Below are positions 8,566 to 19,109 of a stretch of DNA of 62,375 nt, piece after piece. The notes beneath the pieces were generated by a model, which did no database searches, was not told where the DNA came from, and was given only the letters and a program-made list of their open reading frames with translations. The translations under genes and the position numbers were made by a program. Within the stretch, counting starts at the first letter, position 1. Each line of letters begins with the position of its first letter. Source of the DNA: a virus (Duplodnaviria > Caudoviricetes); IMG/VR virus record IMGVR_UViG_3300025770_000019, positions 1-62,375 of that record; one strand, written 5' to 3'.

Positions 8566-10503
8566 ATGGCTTTAACGCCAGTGTTTTACGACTTTGAAAC
8601 ATTCTGGTCAGTCGCTCACTCACTATCAAAAATGTCGGGCATTGAGTACGTAATGCACCCCGACACAGAAATCATTTCATGCTCCATCCAAGAAGGGTTT
8701 AACGATACGCCAGTTACATACTTCGGATACGACGACATTGCTGATGCGTTCGCCCACATAGATTGGGACAACGCGTGGGCTATTGCTCACAACAATTCTG
8801 AGTTCGACGCTATGATTCTAGCGTGGCGTTTCCACATTAAGCCTAAGATGTGGGGGTGCACGTTAGCAATGGCACGCCCCGCGTTCACTAAAACTACAGG
8901 CGTGTCGCTCAAGGCACTGGGTAAACACTTCGGCTTAAAGCCTAAAGGTGACTTAGAGGCAACCAACACCAAGGGTAAGAACCTTAAGGACTTCAGTGAC
9001 GATGAACGCGAAGCAATGGCGGACTACAACGACGACGACACTATTATATGTGCGGGGATTTTCCGCAGGTTGCTGCCGACTATACCCAAAGAAGAACTGC
9101 GACTAATAGACTTGACTATACGTATGCTCGTTGACCCGCAGTTCGATGTGAACACTGAGCTGCTAGGCCGGGGGCTTAAAGCTGAACGAGGTCGCAAGAA
9201 GAAGGTGCTACAAGACTTGGTTGACCTTCTCCTGCCGGTTGAAGATCAGGTCAGGCAAAAACTGGAAGGTGTAGACACGCTCGTGTGGCTACAAGGCGAA
9301 CTAAAATCCGCACCCAAGTTCCGCAAAATGCTGGAGTCTCTCAAGGTAGAAGTACCTATGAAAGAGTCGCCCAACACAGGGCGTATGATTCCCGCTCTCG
9401 CTAAGAACGACCAACAGTTCCTCGCACTTAAAGACCATCCTAACGAGTACGTCGTAGCAGCAGTAGAAGCACGACTCGACACACAGTCATCCATCCTTGA
9501 GACACGCATGGACAGGTTCATTAAAGTCGCCAACATGTGCGATGGGAAAATGCCTATTGCCCTGCGTTACTACGGAGCCGACACTACAGGAAGGTTTTCT
9601 GGCACGATGAAACTCAACCAGCAGAACCTAACTCGCGTCGGCCCCGTACCTAAGATCAGCGACGTACTACGCAAATCACTGCGTGCACCGAAGGGGTACA
9701 AGGTGGTGGTTGCTGACCTGAGCGGCATTGAGTTGCGGGTCAACATGTTCTTGTGGCAAGTGCCGTATGCGGTGAAGCTGTTTACGGAACACCCCGACAG
9801 CGCTGACCTATATCGCTACTTCGCGGCTAACGATCTATACCACAAGCACGAGTCAGAGATAACCAAAGCCGAGCGCCAACTAGGTAAGGTATCGCATCTG
9901 GGACTTGGGTTCGGTGCTGGTCATGTGACGTTCCGTGACGTAGCTAAAGTTATGGGCGGCGTTGAACTCACCGAAGCTGAGTCGTTAGACGTAGTAGGTA
10001 AGTACCGTAAGGCCCACCCGCAGATTACACAGGGCTGGCGTAAGTGCCACGGATCGCTAGACCTAATCAAATCAGGGCTACGTGCTGACATTGATCCATG
10101 TGGGTTATGCCACACGTCAGCCGAGGGCATCGTTACACCGAAGGGTACTATCAGGTATCCCGACCTGCGTACTGAGATAGACGGCGGCAATGCTGAGTGG
10201 TGGTACGGTCACGGTCGTAACGAGGCGCGTATCTACGCCGGGAAAATAGACGAGAACATCGTGCAACACCTCGCGCGTAATGTGATCACTGACATTGCCT
10301 TGGACATGCACACTGCGTTCGGTAAGCAGTACCCGCTTGCGCACAGCGTGCACGACGAGCTGGTGTACGTAGTTAAAGACCAAGACGCCGACGAAATACT
10401 TGATACGGTACAAACACGAATGCGCCAGTCACCCGACTGGTGGCCTGAACTGCCGACATGGAGTGAGGGTGACATAGGACAAACTTATGGAGATGCGAAA
10501 TGA
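8566..10503 (+). CDS. DNA polymerase family A with 3'-5' exonuclease
   Basis: DFET (ExoI), AHNNSEFD, YNDDD; TTGRFSG, NQQN, motif A ADLSGIELR, motif B RQLGKVSHLGLGFG, motif C VHDE; AAGGGG SD before ATG 8566. Confidence 0.97.
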   Translation: MALTPVFYDFETFWSVAHSLSKMSGIEYVMHPDTEIISCSIQEGFNDTPVTYFGYDDIADAFAHIDWDNAWAIAHNNSEFDAMILAWRFHIKPKMWGCTLAMARPAFTKTTGVSLKALGKHFGLKPKGDLEATNTKGKNLKDFSDDEREAMADYNDDDTIICAGIFRRLLPTIPKEELRLIDLTIRMLVDPQFDVNTELLGRGLKAERGRKKKVLQDLVDLLLPVEDQVRQKLEGVDTLVWLQGELKSAPKFRKMLESLKVEVPMKESPNTGRMIPALAKNDQQFLALKDHPNEYVVAAVEARLDTQSSILETRMDRFIKVANMCDGKMPIALRYYGADTTGRFSGTMKLNQQNLTRVGPVPKISDVLRKSLRAPKGYKVVVADLSGIELRVNMFLWQVPYAVKLFTEHPDSADLYRYFAANDLYHKHESEITKAERQLGKVSHLGLGFGAGHVTFRDVAKVMGGVELTEAESLDVVGKYRKAHPQITQGWRKCHGSLDLIKSGLRADIDPCGLCHTSAEGIVTPKGTIRYPDLRTEIDGGNAEWWYGHGRNEARIYAGKIDENIVQHLARNVITDIALDMHTAFGKQYPLAHSVHDELVYVVKDQDADEILDTVQTRMRQSPDWWPELPTWSEGDIGQTYGDAK

Positions 10504-11171
10504 GTGCCATAACAGCATGGAGTTACAGCGCACTCAATTCGTACGAGACATGTCCGCACCGACACTACCGGCAGCGAGTGAAGAAAGACATCACTGAACC
10601 GGAAGGCGAGGCGCTCAAGTGGGGGAATGAAGTTCACAAAGCACTGGAGCTACGGATACGTGACGGTATCGCGTTACCTAAGACCATGCAGAAGTGGGAA
10701 CCTATGGTAGCCAAATTACTATCACGTACGGGCGACTCAATCGCCGAGCAGGAGCTGTGTCTGAACGAACAACTAGCTGCAACGGGGTGGTGGGATAAAG
10801 ACGCGTGGGTTAGAGCTAAGGTTGACTACATGTTAGTCGATGGCAACAAAGCACTGATGCTTGACTGGAAGACAGGTAAACCCAAGCCAGATCACGACCA
10901 GCTAACACTGTTCGCTGCGTTCGTGTTCCACCACTACCCACAGATAGACACAGTAACAACAGGCTACGTGTGGCTGGCGCACAAGAACAAAATATCTACG
11001 GCGGGGTTTGAGCGCAGTGACTTACCTGACATGTGGGCAGAGTTCTTACCGCGAGTACGACGGTTCAACATAGCGTACGAGCAGGACAAGTGGGAGAAGA
11101 AACCAAGTGGTCTGTGTCGAGCGTGGTGTCCAGTTATAGATTGTGAGTTTAACGGGAAAAATAAGGGGTAA
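10500..11171 (+). CDS. PD-(D/E)XK Cas4/RecB-like exonuclease
   Basis: WSYS...CP, GNEVHKALE, KVD...DWKTGK, QL, C-terminal LCRAWCPVIDC (four Cys in total). Confidence 0.9.
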   Translation: MSAITAWSYSALNSYETCPHRHYRQRVKKDITEPEGEALKWGNEVHKALELRIRDGIALPKTMQKWEPMVAKLLSRTGDSIAEQELCLNEQLAATGWWDKDAWVRAKVDYMLVDGNKALMLDWKTGKPKPDHDQLTLFAAFVFHHYPQIDTVTTGYVWLAHKNKISTAGFERSDLPDMWAEFLPRVRRFNIAYEQDKWEKKPSGLCRAWCPVIDCEFNGKNKG

Positions 11172-11173
11172 AC

Positions 11174-11485
11174 GTGAGCATAAACACGAGGTTGGAAGGG
11201 ACGGGAGTACCGCACGTCGAACTTAGGTTCGAGGGTATTCGGTACGCGGTTAATGAAATGATGACGCAGCAGCAACTGGTGCAGGATGAAGACTTTATAA
11301 AAGCGGTTAACGCTGCACTGGAGCCAGAGAACATTAGACGGTTGGTGCACACACAGGTGCAAAGCGCAGTGCGGCAGCTACTTACGGAGGAAATCGCCAA
11401 CACATTCAAGGTCAGTCAAGTCAGTGAAATAGCACGCGGCATGATTACCGATCAGGTAGTAGCTGCACTTAAGGGGATGAGATGA
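11174..11485 (+). CDS. Hypothetical protein
   Basis: AAGGGG SD, GTG start, coupled to next gene. Confidence 0.65.
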   Translation: MSINTRLEGTGVPHVELRFEGIRYAVNEMMTQQQLVQDEDFIKAVNAALEPENIRRLVHTQVQSAVRQLLTEEIANTFKVSQVSEIARGMITDQVVAALKGMR

Positions 11486-11907
11486 ATAGATTTACAGCTT
11501 ACAGAACACTCGACATATCAGACACGCATACCGCCGACCAAGTGAACCCGCCGGACGAGGCGCAGTACGAAGGCATCGTGTTCGACAACGGCAAGTGCGC
11601 CCTTAACTGGCTTACTGCTGTAAGTTCAATCTCGTTGTGGGATTCGTTCGAGGACGCTATGCGTATCCATGGGCACCCAGAGTACGGCACGCGTATTGTG
11701 TTCCACGATAAAGTTTTACCGCTGCCGTGGGAAATGCAGCGCTGTGATTGCTGCTGCGTGACGTGCCACGATGCAAAGCCAGTGCACCACCAACGTATGA
11801 TTGTATGCCCTGTGTGCGGCAACAAACGCTGCCCGAAGGCAAACAACCACGACTACACCTGCACTAACAGTAACAGGTCGGGTCAGGCAGGGAGTGCGTA
11901 CCCATGA
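11482..11907 (+). CDS. Hypothetical protein with C-terminal Cys-rich Zn finger
   Basis: CCCVTC and MIVCPVCGNKRCPKANNH. Confidence 0.75.
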   Translation: MNRFTAYRTLDISDTHTADQVNPPDEAQYEGIVFDNGKCALNWLTAVSSISLWDSFEDAMRIHGHPEYGTRIVFHDKVLPLPWEMQRCDCCCVTCHDAKPVHHQRMIVCPVCGNKRCPKANNHDYTCTNSNRSGQAGSAYP

Positions 11908-12143
11908 ACCTAACAGACGAGCAAGTAGCGTGGTTGCAGGACGACCTACAGCGGAGTAAGCAACAGGCTACGTGGATGCGTGACAACCCAGAGAAGTGCA
12001 CCCCGATAGAGCTGGGGCCAGCAGCGACGTTCCAATTCAAATCCAGCATGACCGACGAGATCAAAATGATTGAGTCAATTATGGAAGACCTAAATGACAC
12101 CGGAAGGGAAAGTAAAGAAGACGATCAAAGCGTGGCTGGTTAA
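11904..12143 (+). CDS. Hypothetical protein
   Basis: GGGAG SD, ATGA overlap. Confidence 0.55.
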   Translation: MNLTDEQVAWLQDDLQRSKQQATWMRDNPEKCTPIELGPAATFQFKSSMTDEIKMIESIMEDLNDTGRESKEDDQSVAG

Positions 12144-12399
12144 ACACAAGGCGTACTACTACATGCCAGTAAGCAACGGCATGGGTCGTGTCGGTGCGCC
12201 TGACTTCATCGTATGTCTAGGCGGTAGGTTCGTCGGTATAGAAACCAAAGCCCCCGGCAAACGCGGCAACGCTACGCCCAACCAACTGAGGGAAATAGAA
12301 TGGATCAACCGAGCAGGCGGTCACGCGTTCGTCGTTGATGATGTCAGTCAGTTAGACGTACTACTACCGTTAGTAAAAGGGGAACAACTTGAAAGTTAG
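12094..12399 (+). CDS. VRR-NUC domain nuclease
   Basis: TPEGKVK, GAPD, GIETKAPG, TPNQ, AGG motifs. Confidence 0.92.
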   Translation: MTPEGKVKKTIKAWLVKHKAYYYMPVSNGMGRVGAPDFIVCLGGRFVGIETKAPGKRGNATPNQLREIEWINRAGGHAFVVDDVSQLDVLLPLVKGEQLES

Positions 12400-13939
12400 C
12401 ACGAAGAACAAAGCAGTGTTGCTGAACCTGCGGAACCCAGAGCAGGTGATGGCAGTCGTACCGAAGCACAAAATCATCCCGTACAAAGGGCAGAACCTAC
12501 TCGCTGTACCGCACGCACTAGAGGTGGTGAAGCTGCTACGCAACATGGGCATCGACGCGCCGAGTCCTATCCGTCACTACTACGACTGGTCAGGGCAGTA
12601 CGATCCGTTCGCAGCACAGCGAGACACCGCAGAGTTTTTAACACTGAACAACCGAGCGTTCGTACTCAACGACTTAGGCACAGGTAAGACATTAGCGTCG
12701 TTGTGGGCGTACGACTACCTGCGAAGTATAGGGCAGGCCACCCGTATGCTTGTCATATCACCGCTATCAACGCTGGAACGTGTGTGGGCCGACGAAATAT
12801 TCAGGCACTTCCCCCACCTAACATTCTCCGTACTTCACGGCACCAAGAAAAAGCGAGTGAAGTTACTCGACCAGAACGTAGACGTGTACATCATCAACCA
12901 CGACGGAGTGAAGGTGATGCAGGACGAGCTGGTTAAGCGCACCGACATTGACTTGATACTGGTCGACGAGATTGCACAGGTGGCTCGTAACGCTGGCACT
13001 GAACGGTGGAGAGCGCTGAAGAAAATTACTAAAGACGCGGCGCGGCTGTGGGGGTTAACCGGCACGCCTATCCCTAACGACCCGACCGACGCATGGGCGC
13101 AGTGCAGGTTAGTAGTACCTGAGAACGTGCCGCCGTACTTCACCCGATTTCGTGACCAAGTGATGCGTCAGTGTGGGCCGTACAAATGGCTACCGAGAGA
13201 CAACGCACTAGACGTAGTACACCGAGCCATGCAACCTAGCATCCGGTTCGACCGGGACGACTGCATAGACCTGCCGCCATTGATGTACGAAACCAGAGAG
13301 ATACCACTAACAACGGTACAGGCGAAGATGTACAAAGACATGCTATCTAAACTCTCCACTGAACACGAGGGGGAGCAGATACAGGCGGTGAATGAGGCGG
13401 TCAAGCTCATGAAGTTGGTTCAGATTGCGTGCGGCACTGCATACAGTTTAGACAGAGAGGTCGTTGTGTTTGAGCCGACCGACCGACTACAAGAGCTGCG
13501 CGACATCATCGCGTCGTCGAACAGCAAGACCATAGTGTTCGTCCCGTTCACAGCGACCGCCGAAATGGTGGCGGCACACTTAGAGCAGAACGGAATTACT
13601 ACAGGGCTTATATACGGGGCCATCAGTAAGAACAAACGCGATGAGGTGTTCAAGGCGTTCCAAAAAGCGGACGACCCACGCGTCATAGTAGCGCAGCCAG
13701 CAGCCATGTCCCACGGACTGACACTCACCGCTGCCAGTACTATCGTATGGTTCGCCCCCGTTACTTCGGCGGAGACTTACGAGCAAGCGAACGCACGAAT
13801 CACCAGACCCGGCCAGAACCACAGCCAGTTGATCGTTAACTTGCAGGGTACACCGGCGGAGTCTCGTATCTACGACCGTCTGAAAGACAAGGCTACGACA
13901 CAAGGTGTGCTGTTAGACCTTATTAAAGGCGTAAAATAA
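12389..13939 (+). CDS. SNF2-family helicase
   Basis: DLGTGKT, LVDE, LTGTP, HGLTLT, QANARITRPGQ. Confidence 0.93.
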   Translation: MKVSTKNKAVLLNLRNPEQVMAVVPKHKIIPYKGQNLLAVPHALEVVKLLRNMGIDAPSPIRHYYDWSGQYDPFAAQRDTAEFLTLNNRAFVLNDLGTGKTLASLWAYDYLRSIGQATRMLVISPLSTLERVWADEIFRHFPHLTFSVLHGTKKKRVKLLDQNVDVYIINHDGVKVMQDELVKRTDIDLILVDEIAQVARNAGTERWRALKKITKDAARLWGLTGTPIPNDPTDAWAQCRLVVPENVPPYFTRFRDQVMRQCGPYKWLPRDNALDVVHRAMQPSIRFDRDDCIDLPPLMYETREIPLTTVQAKMYKDMLSKLSTEHEGEQIQAVNEAVKLMKLVQIACGTAYSLDREVVVFEPTDRLQELRDIIASSNSKTIVFVPFTATAEMVAAHLEQNGITTGLIYGAISKNKRDEVFKAFQKADDPRVIVAQPAAMSHGLTLTAASTIVWFAPVTSAETYEQANARITRPGQNHSQLIVNLQGTPAESRIYDRLKDKATTQGVLLDLIKGVK

Positions 13940-13968
13940 TTGACACCTACGGTACAGTAACCTATATT
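13940..13968 (+). promoter_or_regulatory. Sigma70 promoter
   Basis: TTGACA-17 nt-TATATT in the intergenic gap. Confidence 0.85.
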
Positions 13969-13987
13969 AAACTTTAAGGGGAACAAT

Positions 13988-14368
13988 ATGCAGCTAGATG
14001 AACTTATCGGTAAGTACATCAAAATCCGTGACGCCAAAGATGCTCTCAAGAAGACGCACTCCGAGGAATTGTCACGGTTCAACAACGCACTCGACAAGAT
14101 AGAGCACTCGCTGCTCGCAGAATTTAATGAAACGGGGCAGGAGTCGGCTAAGACAGCTCACGGCACCGCGTACCGTTCCGTCCGAACATCAGCAAAAGTT
14201 GCTGACCGTGACGCGTTCTTCGACTTCGTTAGGCAGAACGACGCCTACGATTTTCTGGAGAGCCGCGCCAATAAAAACGCCGTGGAAGCCTACATGGAAG
14301 AACATGATGAGCTACCCCCCGGCATTGATGTATCCCGCGTAACAACCATTAACGTACGACGTTCTTAG
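13988..14368 (+). CDS. Conserved phage replication-region protein
   Basis: AAGGG SD; coiled coil, KTAHGT, ELPPGID pattern. Confidence 0.8.
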   Translation: MQLDELIGKYIKIRDAKDALKKTHSEELSRFNNALDKIEHSLLAEFNETGQESAKTAHGTAYRSVRTSAKVADRDAFFDFVRQNDAYDFLESRANKNAVEAYMEEHDELPPGIDVSRVTTINVRRS

Positions 14369-14377
14369 GAGAACACA

Positions 14378-15363
<986 letters not shown>

Positions 15364-15364
<1 letters not shown>

Positions 15365-15699
15365 TGGAGAACTCAATGGAAAGCTTCCAATTTGAGCTGT
15401 TGCGGGAGGCGGGGGTAAAACCCCGCCATATCAGTAGGCTACTAGGCGTGTCTCGTGTCACTGCGTCCAATTGGCTGCGCGGCGTCACACAACCCCACCA
15501 CCTGATACGAGCCAGTGCCGATGAGTTACTAAGCGCTACGCGAGCAGCGATGGAGGACGGGCGACTGCCTGTGCCTGACCAACTTCCTCTGGAAGAACGG
15601 TCTGTGCGTACCGCTGCCACCGTCAAGAAGTACATGCTCAAAGCAAACTGTACTGATGAAAGCACCGATGACGGAGCTAATACTCCAGAACTAACTTGA
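15364..15699 (+). CDS. HTH DNA-binding protein (Cro/XRE-like)
   Basis: PRHISRLLGVSRVTASNWLRG. Confidence 0.8.
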
Positions 15700-15709
15700 T
15701 TCGGTTGCT

Positions 15710-15732
15710 CGGGCTGCTAACGTAGTAGCCCG
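15710..15732 (+). other. Intergenic hairpin upstream of the primase
   Basis: CGGGCTGCTA-ACG-TAGTAGCCCG, one G-U pair, no U tract. Confidence 0.5.
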
Positions 15733-15750
15733 GCATCAGGAAGGTGGTAA

Positions 15751-18660
15751 ATGAAAGCATCTGATTTCTTGAAGGCTGTGACGCCTTCTGAGGGGGTGTT
15801 GTTCGCGGCTGTGCCAGTTCGTTTTGAGAAGGACGGACGGACTATAGATTACTTCAAGCATACCGTGTGCTACACCCATGACGACTTAGCACTACAGTGT
15901 AAGGCCATAAGCCAGCAGGGGGACAACGCGTTCTTTGCGCTGGCTAGTTTCAAACAAGAGTCTTACATAGACAAACGCACGAGCAAGAAAAAACAACGCA
16001 CCCAAGAGAACGCAATGCTCGCTAGAAGTATGTGGCTTGACATTGACTGCGGAGAAAACAAACCGTACGCAACTCAGCTAGATGGCATAGCTGCGCTACG
16101 AGCAGGGTTCAAGGCGGCTAAGTTACCAGCCCCTACGTTCACAGTAAGCTCAGGGTACGGCGTCCATGCGTACTGGACGTTCACTAAAGACATACCTAAA
16201 GCCCTGTGGATACCAGTGGCGCAACTATTCAAGGCTGTCATGGACGGCACTGGATTGGTTGCCGATAAAGTCACGGCTAATATTGCGTGTGTGCTGCGGC
16301 CTATAGGCACCAACAATTATAAGCGAGGGGGAACGCAAGAGGTCAGGGTGCTGCACAAAGCCAAGTCTGTCCGCTTCTCTGACTGGGCGCGCGCACTCAA
16401 GAAAGCCAGTGGCGACCTGAAAGTTACGCCCCCAAAGCAAAGACTGACCACTACACTTAACAGCGCACTGAGTGGCGGTATGGATGAGTACCCGCCATCT
16501 GACGCGGAGAAGATCGCAGACAAGTGCGCAGTGCTTAACGAAATGCGTAACTTCAAAGGGTCGACGCACGACGAGCAGCAGTGGTATAGCTGCATTGGGG
16601 TACTCAGACACACAACCCAAGGGGAAGACATAGTTCAGGGGTGGTCAGCAGGTCACCACGACTACGACCCAATCATTACCACGGATAAGATAAAACAGTG
16701 GGAAGATCGAGGGCCGACGCTATGTGACACCATGCGCCAGTTGTTTCCAGCCTGTGCCGACTGCAAAATGAAATGTAATTCTCCAATATCGTTGGGGTAT
16801 CCCGATCCTGAACACCAGACCACCGTTGAGGTTATACAAGACGCCACGGACGAAGTGGTACTAGAAACCCTGCCGCAGTTGCCCGACGGACTGAAAGACG
16901 AGTTCGCATGGGTAGAGGGGCGGGGTTTGATGGCTAGGCTGGAGGATGAAGATGGTAACGTACGCCACGTAGTTGTGTGCTCCCAGTTCCCAGTTCCAGA
17001 GTTCATATTTTACGATAAATTATCCGAAGCCTTCTACGTACGAGTGTCAGCACGAACCGCACCGTACACATGGCAGAGCGGAGACCTTCCACTCGACGTA
17101 GTTCAGCGTGGGGGCGTTAATTTAATAGGAGCACTAGGTGGTAAGTGCGCAGTCACAGTACGTGACGATGGCAGGCTACTGGTGAAGTTTATGAAGACAT
17201 GGGTTGACGTAATACGGCAGAGCACAGACCTGCAAACTATGCGTGACCAAATGGGATGGCAGAAAGATGGGTCGTTCCTACTGGGTAAAACTTTGTACAG
17301 ACCCGACGGTGAGATAAAAGACGTCGTCGTTGCACGGAGCCTAGCGAAGTACGCAGAGTCGCACACACCTAAAGGCGACCGCCAAGCGTTCGTGGACACG
17401 ATTGACAAGCTGTACAACAAACCGAATTATCAGGAGTACCAGTTTCTTTGGTTGGCCTCCTTCGGGTCGCTACTTATCAAGTTCCTGCACTCTCACAACA
17501 TCGGTATAACACTGGCAGCTTACTCACCGGACAGCGGTACAGGTAAGACGTCGGTCGCTAAGGCGGCCATTGCAAACTTCGGCGACCCCAGTGGGTTCGG
17601 CCAACAAGCAGACGGACAAGACGGAGCGACCGAGTACGCCATAACCGTTATGGCAGGGCTGAGACACAACCTACCGATACTTATCGACGAGGTAACTAAC
17701 TGGGAACCCAACAGGCTAGGCAAGTTTCTCTACCGTGTGTGCAATGGTACAGCTAAGGTACAGGGCAGCGCCGACGGTGGGCTACGAGACTCGTCAGCGT
17801 ACAACTGGAACTCAGTTAGTTACATCACCTCGAACTCCCCCCTCGCATCTAAAGTTTCATCCGAAACTAAGAACAGCCAAGCCCAGTTAGCACGACTGTT
17901 CGACATTAAGTTCTACAACAAAGGGTTTGATACGCAGGACTCAGTGCTATTCGAGAAACTGTGGCAGCACTCAGGTAACACAGGCGCTGAGTTCGTTGAA
18001 TACGTAACAGTGAACCAAGACAAGGTGTCTAAGATATGCCACAAGATGCTAGACCGACTGAACAAAAAAGCTGAGGCTAATCAAAGCGCCCGGTTCTGGA
18101 TGATGCTGGCAGCGGCGACGCTAACCGCAGCGCACATCACACGCCAGTTAGACATGCACCAATTCAACATAGATGAGCTGGAGGATTGGACGATACAACG
18201 CATTAAAGAGATTAGGGTGGTGGCAGACAGGTCAGTAGAGTCGGTTGAGGACATGGCGCGGTCGATGATGAGTGACTTCCAGAACGGCATGGTTGTCACG
18301 ACTGATGAGGCTAAACGTGTCACAGACTTCACCCCATTTGCACCGGGGTACGGAGCGCCACGGCAGTCAGTGCGAGGGCGGTACATAGTCAGTACGGGCG
18401 ACATAATGATCCCCGTCGGTATCATACGTAAGTGGTGTGCAGAGAACAGCGTCGACTACAGCGACTTCAGGCGTCGGTTAACGGATAAGAACTGGATGGT
18501 GGACGCTGACTTACGGTACGATGTTGGTAAGGGAACGTCAGTAGCGTCGACGAGATCACGCTGCTGGAAACTAAACTTTGAAAGCGCAGCGCATGTACTG
18601 TCTGTGATTGAACCGGGAGAGAACGATGGTAGCCAAGAAGACCAGCAGCAAGAGCCGTAA
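15751..18660 (+). CDS. Primase-helicase (RepB-like AEP primase plus DUF927 P-loop domain)
   Basis: WLDID, SSGYGVHAYW, VLRPIGT; WSAGH..Y region; QMGW; Walker A SGTGKT, Walker B ILIDE. Confidence 0.9.
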   Translation: MKASDFLKAVTPSEGVLFAAVPVRFEKDGRTIDYFKHTVCYTHDDLALQCKAISQQGDNAFFALASFKQESYIDKRTSKKKQRTQENAMLARSMWLDIDCGENKPYATQLDGIAALRAGFKAAKLPAPTFTVSSGYGVHAYWTFTKDIPKALWIPVAQLFKAVMDGTGLVADKVTANIACVLRPIGTNNYKRGGTQEVRVLHKAKSVRFSDWARALKKASGDLKVTPPKQRLTTTLNSALSGGMDEYPPSDAEKIADKCAVLNEMRNFKGSTHDEQQWYSCIGVLRHTTQGEDIVQGWSAGHHDYDPIITTDKIKQWEDRGPTLCDTMRQLFPACADCKMKCNSPISLGYPDPEHQTTVEVIQDATDEVVLETLPQLPDGLKDEFAWVEGRGLMARLEDEDGNVRHVVVCSQFPVPEFIFYDKLSEAFYVRVSARTAPYTWQSGDLPLDVVQRGGVNLIGALGGKCAVTVRDDGRLLVKFMKTWVDVIRQSTDLQTMRDQMGWQKDGSFLLGKTLYRPDGEIKDVVVARSLAKYAESHTPKGDRQAFVDTIDKLYNKPNYQEYQFLWLASFGSLLIKFLHSHNIGITLAAYSPDSGTGKTSVAKAAIANFGDPSGFGQQADGQDGATEYAITVMAGLRHNLPILIDEVTNWEPNRLGKFLYRVCNGTAKVQGSADGGLRDSSAYNWNSVSYITSNSPLASKVSSETKNSQAQLARLFDIKFYNKGFDTQDSVLFEKLWQHSGNTGAEFVEYVTVNQDKVSKICHKMLDRLNKKAEANQSARFWMMLAAATLTAAHITRQLDMHQFNIDELEDWTIQRIKEIRVVADRSVESVEDMARSMMSDFQNGMVVTTDEAKRVTDFTPFAPGYGAPRQSVRGRYIVSTGDIMIPVGIIRKWCAENSVDYSDFRRRLTDKNWMVDADLRYDVGKGTSVASTRSRCWKLNFESAAHVLSVIEPGENDGSQEDQQQEP

Positions 18661-18901
18661 CTACCGAAAAGAGTACGACAACTACCACGGTACGGAGAAG
18701 CAGAAGAAAAACCGTGCTAAGCGTAACGCAGCAAACGAGCTTATGAAGAAAGCTGGAAAGATAAAGAAGGGGGACGGTAACGATGTGGATCACAAAAAAC
18801 CAATGGCTAAGGGCGGCTCCAGTAAGAAGTCGAACCTAGCCGTGAAACCCAAGTCTAAAAACCGTTCGTTCCCCCGCACTAAAAAAGCGAAGACGAAATA
18901 G
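18626..18901 (+). CDS. Small basic HNH-family protein
   Basis: DVDHKKPMAKGGS...NL...NR; GGGAG SD before ATG 18626. Confidence 0.8.
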   Translation: MVAKKTSSKSRNYRKEYDNYHGTEKQKKNRAKRNAANELMKKAGKIKKGDGNDVDHKKPMAKGGSSKKSNLAVKPKSKNRSFPRTKKAKTK

Positions 18902-18902
18902 T

Positions 18903-19109
18903 TTAGCTGCGGTTCTTACCTTCGTACCCACCAGCCTGACCGTTGACCGGTTTGATCTCGCCACCGGGCATCACGTTCATCGGTGTGTCGTGGTGCAACG
19001 TAGGTGCTTTACCACCTAGCTGGCCGCAAGTGCCAACTGTAATGACCGGGCCGTGCTTTTTGAACGAGTGGTTTTCGCCGTAGCAACCACCTGCTTTATC
19101 TGCTTTCAT
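18903..19109 (-). CDS. Small hypothetical late protein
   Basis: AGGAG SD, ATGA overlap with the 2354-aa gene. Confidence 0.7.
   Translation of the reverse strand: MKADKAGGCYGENHSFKKHGPVITVGTCGQLGGKAPTLHHDTPMNVMPGGEIKPVNGQAGGYEGKNRS

Noticed and set aside
18626-18901. Homing endonuclease mobile element
   Set aside because: Small free-standing HNH with no intron and no extra DNA-binding domain; more like a packaging-associated or core phage HNH
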